Positions 23,405 through 37,273 of a stretch of 64,000 bases of DNA are shown one piece after another. The notes beneath the pieces were generated by a model that saw nothing but the letters and a program-made list of their open reading frames with translations, did no database searches and was not told the DNA's origin. Made by a program: the position numbers and the translations under genes. Position 1 is the stretch's first letter, and the number at the start of each line of letters is the position of its first letter. Source of the DNA: Octopus sinensis. Lineage: Eukaryota. The DNA lies in contig NC_043007.1 in assembly GCF_006345805.1 (NCBI RefSeq), forward strand, positions 58,218,001 through 58,282,000. Direction: 5' to 3'.

Positions 23405-23735
23405 ATTTCGGAATGGTCATTTTGCCAGTTTAGCCAATAAAAACACACGCACTATATATTTGGTGTTATTTTGCTTCAGTGTTATTTATTTTTTACATTA
23501 ATCTTAATCTTATTCAAATAGAAATACAAAACGGCTGACGGTTAGTAAGGAGAGACAGAAATAAGAAAGAAGAAAACAAAGGACCACCGATGCGGTTACA
23601 GGAGTGTGACGAAAGAACTCTGGCCGAAATAAGATTAAGATTAATGTAGAAAATAAATAACACTGAAGCAAAATAACACCAAATATAGTGCCTGTGTTTT
23701 TATTGGCTAAACTGGCAAAATGACCATTCCGAAAT
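23405..23735. repeat. Inverted repeat, about 110-bp arms and 113-bp spacer
   Basis: 23405-23514 is the reverse complement of 23628-23735; built from the repeat also found at 13490-13718. Confidence 0.92.
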
Positions 23736-23736
23736 A

Positions 23737-23797
<61 letters not shown>

Positions 23798-23846
23798 CAC
23801 ACACGCCACACATACCTATATTTATAATTATCTTTTATTATTTACT

Positions 23847-23905
<59 letters not shown>

Positions 23906-23954
23906 CACACGCACACACATACCTATATTTATAACTATAACGTTTGAAAAATGT

Positions 23955-24315
23955 CATGCGGGACTAGTGTGGTAAAAAGCTTACTTCCCAACTACATGGT
24001 TCCGGGTTCAGCTCCACTGCGTAACACCTTGGGCAGAAAGAAGCCTGTCGTATATTTATCTTTATATATATATGTATATAACTGTGTGTGTCTTTTTGTC
24101 TGTGTTTGCCCCCTAGTACCGTTTAACAACCGATGTTGGTTTGTTTACCCCCCGTAACCTAGCGGTTCGGCAAAAATTATGATAGAATAAGTACCAGGCT
24201 TATAGAAAAAAAACGAAAAAAACAAGTAGTGAAGTTGATTTATTCAACTAAAAGTTCTTCAAGGCGATGCCCCAGCATGGCCGCAGTTAATGACTGGGAC
24301 TAGTAAATGATAAAG
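23955..24315 (+). mobile_element. SINE family A, near full length, diverged
   Basis: Head, (TA/TG) spacer, body and CCCCAGCATGGCCGCAG tail. Confidence 0.85.
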
Positions 24316-24941
24316 ATAACTATGTTTCTCGTTGCAGTGTTTTTATAACAAACACTGTCTATATATATACATGTGTGTGTGCGCGTATGTGTATGTGTTT
24401 GAGTTTCTCTGTTTGAGAGAGAAGGAGAGAAAGAAAGAGAGAGAGATTTCGCATACATATACATGCATGCTTCTGTGAATGATGGAATGCATGTTGAGGC
24501 ACAAAACATCATAACACACACTGACACTGTTACACAACCACAGGCACATAGGGACTCAGTGACTCATACACACATGCGCATACACACCTGCGTGCATGCA
24601 TGAGCAGACATATTGAAATAGTTGCAAAGACATACAAGTTTGTATTTAAAGCATTTCCGTTTCTTTATTAACAAATAGCAAAGAATAAACTATGCTGGAA
24701 ATAAAATGAAATCAATCACATAAGTTGTAAATATACATATATATATATATACATACACACACATATGTGTGTGTGCGCGTGTATGTATATATGCATATAT
24801 ACATGCATGTATGTATACACACATATACAGCGAGATACATGTATGAATATATATATGTGTATACGCATGTTTTGAAGCATATCCCTTTGTTTGTCAGTCT
24901 ATGTGAGTGAGCAGTTTTGGTTTCGTTTATGCGTTTTTCTT

Positions 24942-24977
<36 letters not shown>

Positions 24978-25007
24978 AACACACATACACACCACACACA
25001 CACATAT

Positions 25008-25073
<66 letters not shown>

Positions 25074-25249
25074 CATGCACATATACATATAAATGCCTAT
25101 ATCTCTATCCGGATGTATGCACACATATACATATATAAATGCATACATATGTATGTGTGTGCGTGTGTATGTATGTGTTTATATATATATATATGTATGT
25201 ATGTATACACATGCATATGCATTTGTATTCAAAACATAGTATGTTTGCG

Positions 25250-25281
<32 letters not shown>

Positions 25282-25346
25282 CATCTACACACACACGCAT
25301 AAACAGACATGCATATTTACGTGTCTATATATATATATAATATATA

Positions 25347-25394
<48 letters not shown>

Positions 25395-25893
25395 CTGCAA
25401 TGTGTGACGATGCATATTCTGTGAGTTTGCAAAGAATTCCATATCATGTATGAGCACATAACAGACACAAATGCTTCCACATTCATTGGACTTTCATTGT
25501 TTTTTAAAGCATGCATCCATGCCTCGAAAATAGCTTCGGGCCACACTCAATCAAGTGGACACTTGCCGACATTTCTGATATTGCCGATGGCTAATGAAAG
25601 AAGTGGGGAGGACTGGTTCTTTATTTCATAATTTCATACTCAAGCTGATTGATGTATCAACACTGTCATCTGTACACACCCATCCATACATAGGCGCACA
25701 CACACACACATGTATATGTATGTATACATATTTTGTATATGTATATATAAAGAAAAAGAAGTTCAATAGAGTATTCGATATACATAAATATAAACATATA
25801 CACACACATCTGCAAACGCTTTCACACACAAACATACAGACGTTCAAATACATACATACACACATGCATGTACATATACATATATTATACATA

Positions 25894-25969
<76 letters not shown>

Positions 25970-26432
25970 TGTATAAATGTATGTTTGTGTCTATATATAT
26001 ATATATGTGTCTGTGTGTGTCTCTGTGTGTCTCTGTGTGTTGTGTGTGTGTGTTGTGAGTGAGTGGTGTGTATGTATGTATGTGTGTGTTGTGTGTGTGT
26101 AGTCAGGTAATTTTACTTTCTGACTTTCTGGTTCTCTTATCTTGACTGTATCCTCTCTCTTTGTCGCTCTCTTTCTCAGTCACTTCTATCTACCTCTCTA
26201 TCTACTCATCTATAAGAATATATATATATATATTATATATCTATATATATATATATATATACACATATATATATATACATACATACATATATATATATGT
26301 GTGTATATATATAATATATATATATATATACATACATATATATATGTATATATTATATATATATATATATAATATATGTATGTATGTATGTATGTATATA
26401 CATTCTCTGTCACCTGTTTTTTCTCATTCTGC

Positions 26433-26486
<54 letters not shown>

Positions 26487-26903
26487 CTCTTCTCCTCTCT
26501 CCTTTCCCCAACTCTTCAATTCTATCTTATGTTTTTCTCATATATTGTGTCCCTTTTCTTTTGATTCGTTCTTTCCTTCCCTCACTTCATTCACTCTCTT
26601 TCTCTTTGTCTCTATTTATCTATCTACACGCACGCACACGCACACATATACGTATAGATATATATATATATATGTTTGTATGTATTTATATATATATAGA
26701 GTGAGAGATTTGGATAATTAGATATATATATAGATATAGATATACATATATATATACATATATATACGTACACATGTTCTTTCTCTTTCAAGTATTAATC
26801 TACTCATTCTCTTTCTGTCACCATCTCTATCCCCTTCAACGCAGACGCTAATATGTGTATGTATGTTTATATAGGCGTGCTTGTGTATGTATGTATATGT
26901 CTA

Positions 26904-26960
<57 letters not shown>

Positions 26961-27035
26961 TATATATATACGCACACATATATATATACATGCACATATA
27001 TCTTATAACTTTGTATATATATATGCATATCATCT

Positions 27036-27068
<33 letters not shown>

Positions 27069-27214
27069 CGTTTGTGTATGTGTGTGTGTGTGAATGTGTG
27101 ATTATTATATAACAGGCAAACACATTTGTGTGTGTATGTACAAATGAATATACACGCAAACGTATATGCGCCTGTGTTAATGCATCTTTTAACCTCTTGT
27201 TCTTTTGGTCTTTC

Positions 27215-27340
27215 GAATACGGCCATGTCGTGGCAAACCTTACTGGGTTTAACTGAACACATCGATCCCTTCTTATTTTATTTTAGGCCTGGTACTTTTT
27301 TATCGATTCTTTTACCGAACCGCTAATTTACGGACACATA
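27215..27340 (-). mobile_element. SINE family A, 3' fragment
   Basis: Reverse complement of body and tail motifs (CCGAACCGCTAA, GTACTT, GGCCATG). Confidence 0.7.
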
Positions 27341-27529
27341 TACAAACCCGTGTGTGTGTGTGTTTGTGTGTGTGTGCGCGCGTGTGTGTCTGTGCGCGCG
27401 TGTGTATGTGTCATATATCATTTTACAGAGAGACATTCCAACATTAAGTAATAAATTAGTTAATATATATATCGTGATGATATTTATATTTATATAGCCA
27501 AAGAAATGGTTTTGACTGCGTGAGTGTGG

Positions 27530-27560
<31 letters not shown>

Positions 27561-28889
27561 TGTGTGTGTGGTGTGTGTGGTGTGTATGTGAACGTATAGG
27601 ACACTCCATGCTGGAATTATTATTAATGAAGGCTTACTTGGTTTAATTGAACAACATAATGCATTTCTCTTGAAAATTTATCTTTCATGGGAGAAATGAT
27701 ATTGTTAACCAATATGTCTATAATTGCCCGTTGTTTTATACATTCCGTTAAATACAGACGTTCAATATACTTTTTAATCAATCTTTTATAAAATTTTCAT
27801 CTTGTCTATTGCCAGAATGTTTGTTTCGTATAATATAATTTGTATGTAGATTCTTTTATAAAATATAGGATATAAACGGTTTGTTTTTGATGACTGTTGT
27901 GTCTACAGCGTTTTATTGTAATGAATAAACTACATCTGTGTAGTGTCTACTAAATTGTATTTCCGTTATTCATTAGCATTTGTTTTATTCTGTTCATTTA
28001 TTTTGTAGTGTTTCTTTACATAGACATCTTATAAATTGACGTTTTATATCCTTGTAGATATTTCGTATTTCCATGAACGTATAGGCATTCACAGACGTTT
28101 TAGTGCATCCCCATCATACATATATACACACACATACTTACTTAAATACACACACACACTAACATACATACATAGACACTTGTTGTTGTTTCTTGCTCTT
28201 CTATTTATCACTAAAGCTGGAGTCGTTCAGTTACCTAAGCTATGTTGGATATTAAAAGTAGACCACCTTGGAGATAGATAAGGAAATATGATGAAGGCAG
28301 GTGATAAACTTAAACGCGTTCTACAAGACCAAAGCAATAAACATAGAAATGCATACAGCCATAAAAATGTTTTCCGAAAACAACACTAAAGCCGTCGTGA
28401 TTTGCAGACGGAATAAGAACAAGTGTTTATTGGTTATTATTGTTAAAGACAAACACAGTTGCTAAATTAGCTACACACTAAATGATTTCACTAGATTCAT
28501 AAAAATTAAGATATAATAATATTTAATTAAAAATTAAGCTACGGATTAATTACCAACAAATCTGTACAATTTATTCCTACGCTAAAGAAGCAGATATGAC
28601 TCTTTTATCTCTTTGATTTTTAATATCTACAAAGACGATCATTCTTTTCTATCTATAATTGCCCAATATAAGCTCATGGACACGAGCTCAACAAAGAAAT
28701 GCATAATATGATATAATACTATTAATTAGTCAACAGTGCAGTGATATGTTATAAGTTTATTAGTTCGTGGAGATATTTTAGAAGAAAATAATTTTATTGG
28801 TGTCCTAATGAAAGAAGCAATTTCCCACAAGTAACTAATATACATTTCTTACTTAGGCACAAGGTTACACAAACAATTGATATTCTTTC

Positions 28890-29220
28890 GAATTTTGGCA
28901 CAAAGCCTGTAATTTTAAGGGAAGCAGGTAAGTCGATTACATCGCCACTATTTCTCAACAGGCACTTATTTTATCGACCCAGAAAAGATGAAGCTTGACC
29001 TCGATAACATTTGAACATAGAACATGAAGCAGGAAGAAATGACACTATGCATTTTGTCCGGCATGCCAATGATTCTGGAAGCTTGTCGCTTTAAACACAA
29101 TTAACATAGGTTTCATATTCAAAGCCAGCAATTTCGGGAGAGAGGCTAAGACGATTAAATCATACCCAGTATTCAACTGCTACTTATTTTATTGACCCCA
29201 GATTGATGAAAGGCAAGTAA
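28890..29220 (-). mobile_element. Two adjacent CORE/MIR-like SINE (family C) fragments
   Basis: GTCGATTACATCG...ACTTATTTTATCGACCC motifs occur twice. Confidence 0.7.
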
Positions 29221-29376
29221 CTATATATATATATATAATTTAAATATAGGATAGAATCTTTATAAGAATTTATCAAGTCGTTTGCGTGAAAAACTTCATA
29301 AGGGAAAAATTATTATTCCTTTAAATATATTTGTTTATATTAAGGGCATTTATGTATAGTAATGCCCTTAATATAA

Positions 29377-29407
<31 letters not shown>

Positions 29408-29429
29408 ATATAAATATATAATATATGTA

Positions 29430-29491
<62 letters not shown>

Positions 29492-29513
29492 TATATATAT
29501 ATATATATATATG

Positions 29514-29553
<40 letters not shown>

Positions 29554-29754
29554 ATATATATATTATATATATATGCTCGAAATACTAAAGTAGAAAAACT
29601 GTCAACAACTGACGAAGGGTCGTTCTTTATGTTGTTTGTCTTTCCATTGTGTCTTTCGCTTTTCGAAAAAATAGCTCATATTCCATGTACTCGTATTTAG
29701 TAATTTTTTGTTGTACACGCTTCATGACGTCCTGTGCCCACATATATATATATA

Positions 29755-29798
<44 letters not shown>

Positions 29799-29800
<2 letters not shown>

Positions 29801-30399
29801 GCAAAATTAAGGAACGGCCATAATAGGCCGTTCAACCCACTAGAAATAGCAGCCAAGGCTTCAACCGCAAAACAATATTAATTCCGTAAACCAGGAGAAA
29901 ATTTAAAAAAACATTTACCCCGTAATACTTTATACAATGCATCGTTTCGTCTATTTTTTTAATGGTAAAACAACCTGATTAAATTAAATCAAGCTAATCT
30001 TCCATAGGCCAATAGATTCATCAGTAAAGTAAGCCAGACGGGACAGATATTTTCACGAGGCAGCACCACTACTGTCTCGGCTATATCTGACCTAAAATTT
30101 TCAAATCATCAATCGTACTCGCGCCAAATTTATCGGCAAATATAGCTGCCGATTTCCATTTCGGATTTAAACAGAAAATTCATAATTAATCAATATAGGT
30201 GGCAGAAAATTCAGCAGAAATTATTTGCCACCAGCGGCCTAGTGGGAAAAAAATAAATAGTCAGAGACTATTAATAAATTCAACAGCAAAATTAAGGAAC
30301 GGCCATAATAGGCCGTTCAACCCACTAGAAATAGCAGCCAAGGCTTCAACCGCAAAACAATATTAATTCCGTAAACCAGGAGAAAATTTAAAAAAACAT
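29799..30399 (-). mobile_element. Retrozyme-like element: 485-bp period, identical 116-bp terminal direct repeats, internal hammerhead
   Basis: 29799-29914 equals 30284-30399; flanked by (TA)n; hammerhead at 29926-30031; at least five further hairpins; no ORF. Confidence 0.8.
29926..30031 (-). ncRNA. Type I hammerhead ribozyme with long stem II and palindromic stem III
   Basis: Stem I TACTTTA/TAAAGTA (7 bp); CTGATGA (30024-30018); stem II TCTATT/AATAGA plus extended hairpin; GAAA (29948-29945); stem III ACGATGCATTGT; GUA triplet, predicted cut between 29933 and 29932. Only deviation is A10.1-C11.1. Confidence 0.82.
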
Positions 30400-30504
30400 G
30401 ATTAATTATATATATATATATATACATATTGATATATGTACATATACGTATGTATATATGCATATATATTATTTACATTATTTATATATATATATGCACC
30501 GGTA

Positions 30505-30590
30505 GGACTGGGATCGAGTCATTCAACTAAAATACTTCAGCGCAGTGCTCCAGCATGGCCGCAGTCTAATGACTGAAACAAGTAAAATAT
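30505..30590 (+). mobile_element. SINE family A tail fragment
   Basis: GCAGTGCTCCAGCATGGCCGCAGTCTAATGACTGAAACAAGTAAAA. Confidence 0.8.
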
Positions 30591-30603
30591 TAAAGATTAA
30601 GAC

Positions 30604-30662
<59 letters not shown>

Positions 30663-31227
30663 TGTGTGCGTGTGTGCGTGTGTGTGCGCGTGTGTGCGTG
30701 TGTGTGCGCGTGTGTATCTTGATCTTTAATCTTTTACATATAATATATATACTCAAACTATTTAGAAGCGCTGATTGAGTTCGTTTTTGCAGGAAATAAA
30801 GTAAATTTCGAACACGGAATAGCTGTGAAGCTGTGAAACTTAGATGATAGGGTGAAAAATAAGGTTATTTACCCTGTCTTAGAAGATGAAACAAAAATGG
30901 TCTCCAGTGAAGGTATTACAAATAATCGAACCTAGTATATTTCTCAAGTCCCGGGTGTGCGCTCTGTATCAGTAAGATAAGCGATCTCTATCAACAAATA
31001 CCGTCTTTTACAACGCTAAATAAGTTTTGGAATTTGAGAACATTAATTTATAAGGAAACTAGAAGTGCCAAGTGAGTTGGTATTCTACAGTAAATACATC
31101 AAAACGCAGTATAGTTGTGAAAACAACTTAGAATGTACAGGGTTCGATCTCCTGTAGCGGCTTGCTGCTCACTACTTTCCGTCTTCCAAGGGTATTTACC
31201 CTATCTTCTGTTTTCACAGCTATTTTG

Positions 31228-31260
<33 letters not shown>

Positions 31261-31277
31261 CTGTACACCACTTCAAA

Positions 31278-31308
<31 letters not shown>

Positions 31309-32361
31309 ATATATATATATATATACTATATATATATATATACATACATACATACATACATACATACATACATACATACATACATACATAAATTCTGTTT
31401 AAGTTCAAATTCCGCCGACTCCAACTTTGCCTTTCATCCTTCTTAGGTTTATATAAGTATACTAGGCAATGGATTTGCGCAACTGTACTGATCAGTTTCT
31501 TCCGGCTCTTTGCGTTCTGAGTTCAAATCCCGCCATGGAAGACCTAACCTGTCACTTGGGTTAATACTAGCGCCTGTCACCTTGGGCACTTGGGTGCATC
31601 TAACAGAGTCCACTTTGTTGCAACCATTTAGGACAGCTTCCCGCTTTGATGTTACCTTCTTATTCACTTACGAGCAGTTTCGGAGGTCTTGCTTTCCCTC
31701 TTGAAAAAAGAAAAAACAATATTATATGAATGTACTGGACAGATTATGGGGTAATTATTGGTTATATATGAATTTATATGTGATGTTACATCAGATACGC
31801 TTCTGCCACTATGTATTTGTATGTGCACGCACCTCTAAATGCGCGTAAGCGAGCATGAGTCTTATATGCAAAAGATACACACAAACAAAACACGGACTAC
31901 GAAAGAGTGAGTTTCTGTTGATGCAAATTAATATAAACCTTTCCGAAGAATTGACGCCATTTTAGAATATAATGCTGCTGTTGTTAGTGGTGGTGTAGGT
32001 GGTGGTGAACTTGCAGTTATTGCGAATGTTTTTCCCGTTTTATTTCTGTTTACTATCAGTTGTTAAGGATAACAAATATTTTGTTTCGTTTTTCAGTTTT
32101 TATATTGCTCATATTCAGATTGTTTTCGGTTTGAACTCTGTTGTTTGCCCTTCCTTATATTTATATATTTATAATTTCTTATTATCTATATTGTTATATT
32201 ACTTACATTGTTATTTCTTATGTATTTATGTAATTATTTTAGAGGATGTATATCGATTGATAATTTATTTATTCATACCTGTATATCAACGGTTGTATGT
32301 ACGGGTTGGGGTGGTATCAATATACAGCATTTCTTTCAAGCAGATACTTACAAATAGACAC

Positions 32362-32426
<65 letters not shown>

Positions 32427-32609
32427 GACAGAGAGACAGAGACAAAGAAACAGAGATAGAGAGAGGAGGGAAGAAATGTGATAGTAGATAAACATACAAA
32501 AATTTATATAGTTATAGAATACAATATATATTTATATTTATAAAGGCTTATATAGGTTTGAATATATACACATATAAATTCATTTATGATTTATATGTAT
32601 ATTTGTGTG

Positions 32610-32646
<37 letters not shown>

Positions 32647-32890
32647 TATAAATATATAGACACATTTATTTATACGCATATAAATATATAGACACATTTA
32701 TTTATACGCATATATACATGTATGTGTGTATGTATGTATATACATTGATATATTTAAATATATATATATAATTTTCTATATATCTATAGATATATTTATA
32801 CACACACACAGAGGCACACACACACACACACACCCACACATATATATAACATATATATATATATATATCATATATATATATTATATATAT

Positions 32891-33222
32891 ACATATATAA
32901 TTTTCATGAAAGATGTTAATCTCTCAAAAGACAATTTCTCTCTTGCTGAAAACAATTCATGAATCCTGAATATCTTACCGTTCCAATCCAAACCCTTCTA
33001 GCCTCATATCACGTACTTATATTCGTGAAATCCCTACATTTTCCCTCCCCAATATAACCGCCATCAACACATCTACACCTCTCATAACTACCGACCGAAG
33101 TTTCTTCATCTCCATTTTTTCCTCGCATATATATTCTTACTTCATGAAATGTTTTCTTCATTATTCATTTTCAAGTATTCATACACACAAACCACACACA
33201 CACACACACACACACATATATA

Positions 33223-33268
<46 letters not shown>

Positions 33269-33580
33269 TAATTTTCATGAAAGATGTTAATTCTCTCAAA
33301 AGACAAATTTCTCCTTGCTGAAAACAATTCATGAATCCTGAATATCTTACCGTTCCAATCCAAACCCTTCTAGCCTCATATCACGTACTTATATTCGTGA
33401 AATCCCTACATTTTCCCTCCCCAATATAACCGCCATCAACACATCTACACCTCTCATAACTACCGAAGTTTCTTCATCTCCATTTTTTCCTCGCATATAT
33501 ATTTCTTACTTCATGAAATGTTTTCTTCATTATTCATTTTCAAGTATTCATACACACAAACACACACACACACACACACA
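32891..33580. repeat. Tandem duplication, period about 371 bp
   Basis: Copies start at 32891 and 33262 and differ only by small indels. Confidence 0.92.
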
Positions 33581-33655
33581 TGTATATATACTCATGAATA
33601 CATGTACGTGCGCGCGTATGTGGGTGTGTTTGTTTATGTGTGATTGCAATAAATT

Positions 33656-33696
<41 letters not shown>

Positions 33697-33763
33697 TATG
33701 TCTATACAAACCTCTATATCAATACTTATATGCAAGCAAGTTCGTGTGTTTGTACCTGTATGC

Positions 33764-33803
<40 letters not shown>

Positions 33804-33900
33804 TATATGCATGTGTGTGCGAATGTATGTGTGTATATATATGTATGTTTATATGTATGCATGTATGCATGAAAGCGTAAATGCGAATTTGTGTGTATAC

Positions 33901-33945
<45 letters not shown>

Positions 33946-34159
33946 GTGTGTGTGTGTGTGTGTGTGTGTGTCTGTGTATATATATATATATATATATATA
34001 CACAAATATATAAATAAACACATGCAAACACACACTTACACACACATATATATACATACATATAGAAACAGATAGATGTAGAAATATATATATTCATAAA
34101 TTTATGCATATAAATGATATATAAGATATAGAAGATATATATGTATATATATATATATA

Positions 34160-34191
<32 letters not shown>

Positions 34192-34866
34192 ATTTTTATA
34201 TATCATTTGTGTGTCTATATATATATGTATAAGTCTATGTATATGTATATATATAAACAGAAGATGGAGAAGGGAAAGGATAGAAGTGGAAATATACGTC
34301 ATATTAATTCCAACCTTTTTGCTCTTCGATTTGTAAAATGCAGTATTATTTGTATTTTTTCTTTTCTATTTTTCTAACTTTCAACTTTCTATTTCTTTTT
34401 GCTCCTCACTGTTGCATTTTTTTAGAAAAATATTTTATCAACGTGTTTTTTGTAAATATTTATCCCTTGTATCACGATACTCAACAACACACACAGATAA
34501 AGACTTGCATACAAAACGTATATCTGCACAAGTTTCTACACAAACACACACAAATATATACATACATACACATACTTTACACGTCTATGTATATAAGTAT
34601 ATAGGTACATTATACACATGCACACACACACACACTCACACACACACACATATTCACATATGTGTGTCTCTTGTTTGTATGCAATTGTATTAGTCGAAAT
34701 TTATAATGTAATGCGCCTGCTACCCACGTGGCGAATACAAAGATTTTTACAACCACTACTAATAATATGACTACTACTGCGATTTCTTTTCTGAAATTCT
34801 ATTTGGTGGTGGGTTTTTATCATTATTATTATTAGTAGTAGTAGTATTTTTCTTTATTTTCTTATA

Positions 34867-34915
<49 letters not shown>

Positions 34916-34987
34916 TCACACACTCATACTTATCTATATGCTTATGCCTTATGTATGTGTATGTATGTATATGTGTTAATGTATATA

Positions 34988-35020
<33 letters not shown>

Positions 35021-35492
35021 ACATATAGCCATAGACATATATATTCATATGTATATATTAATTTCCATGTTGTTTATTATTAATTTTTTTTATTCCTCTC
35101 TTCCCCTAATTGTGTTACATTTTGTCTCCAGGGAAGATTCCTTATTCCTGAATTTCTCTAACTTCTCTTCCTCTTTATTTTTTGTCGTTCCATGTATACA
35201 CACACACACACGCGCGCGTGTATATATATATATATATATATATATACATGTTTGGTTTCTATATTCCACTTGGTATTCATACCTCTCTTTCTTTACCATT
35301 CCATTCTTAGTTTCTTTCCATTCATTCTCCACACACTTTTCTATTTCTATTTCTAACTTCCCTTCACTTTCTTCCCCCCTCTCTCTCGTTTTACATACTT
35401 ACATACATACATACATACATACATACGTGCACACACACGTATTTACATGCATATGTGTGTATATATATATTATATATATATATATATATATA

Positions 35493-35584
<92 letters not shown>

Positions 35585-36294
35585 GGGTAGTGTTTGTGTG
35601 TGTATGTGTGTGTGTTCCACTCTTTCTAAACTTTTCAGTTTCGTTTCCCTTTTACTTTTTTTCTCATTTACACTTCTCTTTCTCTTTTTCCCCGACCCTC
35701 TATCTTCTTTTCTTCTTTTTATTCGTCTCTTTCTTTTCTTCTTTCTGATTTCCATCCTAACACTTTCTTTCCTTCTTTATCGCTTCGCCACCCTGCTTTC
35801 CACTTTTTAAAATTCTCACCTCTTTCTCTCTTTTGTTCTTTTTCCTTTCTTTCTTTCTTTCCTTCTTTCTTTCTTTCTTCCGTTCTTTCTCTCTTTCTGT
35901 TTCGGTTTCTCGATCTCTGCTCTCCGGGCTTCACATTCCAATAAAATGTCGATTCATCTTACTCAAAATTTCTCAACAATTTGGAAGAATACAAGACAAA
36001 AATAAATAATTTTAAAATATAGAAAACAAAAATAAACGACGGTAGCAATAAAAAACCCTACATATCTGATAATTCTGGCCTAAACCGCGTCTTGTCACAT
36101 ATGTTTCTTGATTGATTCATAATTCTTGTTTGCTGCGTTTCTGGTGTTTCTTCTGTGTTTCTTTGACAGATTCTAGTTGTGTCGTCACTATAATTGTGTA
36201 GATTCTACACTGCTTTATATGTCTATTTATTAGTCTCTCTGTTATGCATTGTATCCGTTGATGTATTTTCTGTATGTGTTCATGTAATATAGTT

Positions 36295-36500
36295 GTCTTA
36301 CCTTTTACTTGTTTTAAGCCTTTCGACTATGCGCCCATGCTGGGGCACCACTTTTAAAGGGTTTAGTTGGAACAAGTCAACCCCGGTGCTTATTTTTAAG
36401 CCAGATACTTATTCTTTTGATTGTGGTTATCTTTGTGCCGAACCGCGAAGTTACGGGAACGTAAACAAACCAACACCGATTTTTAAGTACAGGCACAAAC
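36295..36500 (-). mobile_element. SINE family A, 3' half
   Basis: Reverse complement of body and tail motifs. Confidence 0.8.
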
Positions 36501-37273
36501 ACATAGAGTCACGGACTCTCATAGATATCTATATATATGTATATGTATGTATGTGTGTATGAGTGTGTTTGTGTGTGTTTGTGTGTGTAATTATTTGCAG
36601 GATCTGATAAGAATCGAGATATTTTAAAATAACTACACCAAGGTACAGTCAAGGGTAACATACCGTGTATCAACAGCGTGTATGGACACTCACATACTTA
36701 CTGGAGTATACACCGATTTATCCTTTCAATTACACATACATCCACATGTACAAAAGATGCACTCAACGTATACATAAAATCGCCGAAGCGTATATTCCGG
36801 CATGCACTGTCTTTCACAACCGGTACTGAGATAAGGGATTTAATATGCATTCTACAGTCTTTGTGTGAAAAATACTAAATGTTAAATTTATTTTAGTTTT
36901 GATTCACTCGAAGAGAACAGAATTTTTAAATGATATAACTGATTCGTTCATCAATAAAAAAAAAGGATTGAAACAGCTGTAGCGAACACCAGTTCATTTG
37001 TGTTTTGATATAAGTATATACATACACAAACACGCGAGAGAGAGGGGGGGCGAAAATTCCTGGCTTAGGATAAAAGAAAATACAGTGGGACTCAACCAAA
37101 GACCACATTGTTTCGAAGCAAGCTTCTTACTACACGTTCAGTATTCGGTTGTTTGATCATCAGAATTACTTGTTCCTAGAATCAACGTGTACGTAGCTGA
37201 GTATCCCACAGATGTAAATGCTCTATAGTTTTTTTCTTAGATGGATAAAGTTCCTTCCTAAGACTCATAAACT

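Noticed and set aside
23601-23632. GTGACGA...CCGAAA in the dispersed repeat (also near 13575)
   Set aside because: G instead of C3 in both copies and no coherent stems.
27700-28110. Possible minus-strand PLE GIY-YIG remnant (similar hint near 32050-32200)
   Set aside because: Only faint motif echoes among many stops; not enough to call.
29609-29640. CTGACGA near the retrozyme-like element
   Set aside because: No stem II or GAAA follows.
29812-29845. Hairpin followed by CTAG resembling a Helitron 3' end
   Set aside because: The repeat continues past CTAG identically in both copies, there is no A|T insertion site or 5' TC terminus, and the hammerhead explains the element better.
31672-31699. 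Possible 28-nt minus-strand micro-exon (polypyrimidine-AAG ... GTAAGT), alternatively a decayed hammerhead (CCGAAAC)
   Set aside because: Weak AAG acceptor, not frame-preserving, no partner exons; the hammerhead CUGANGA half is missing. Compatible with chance.
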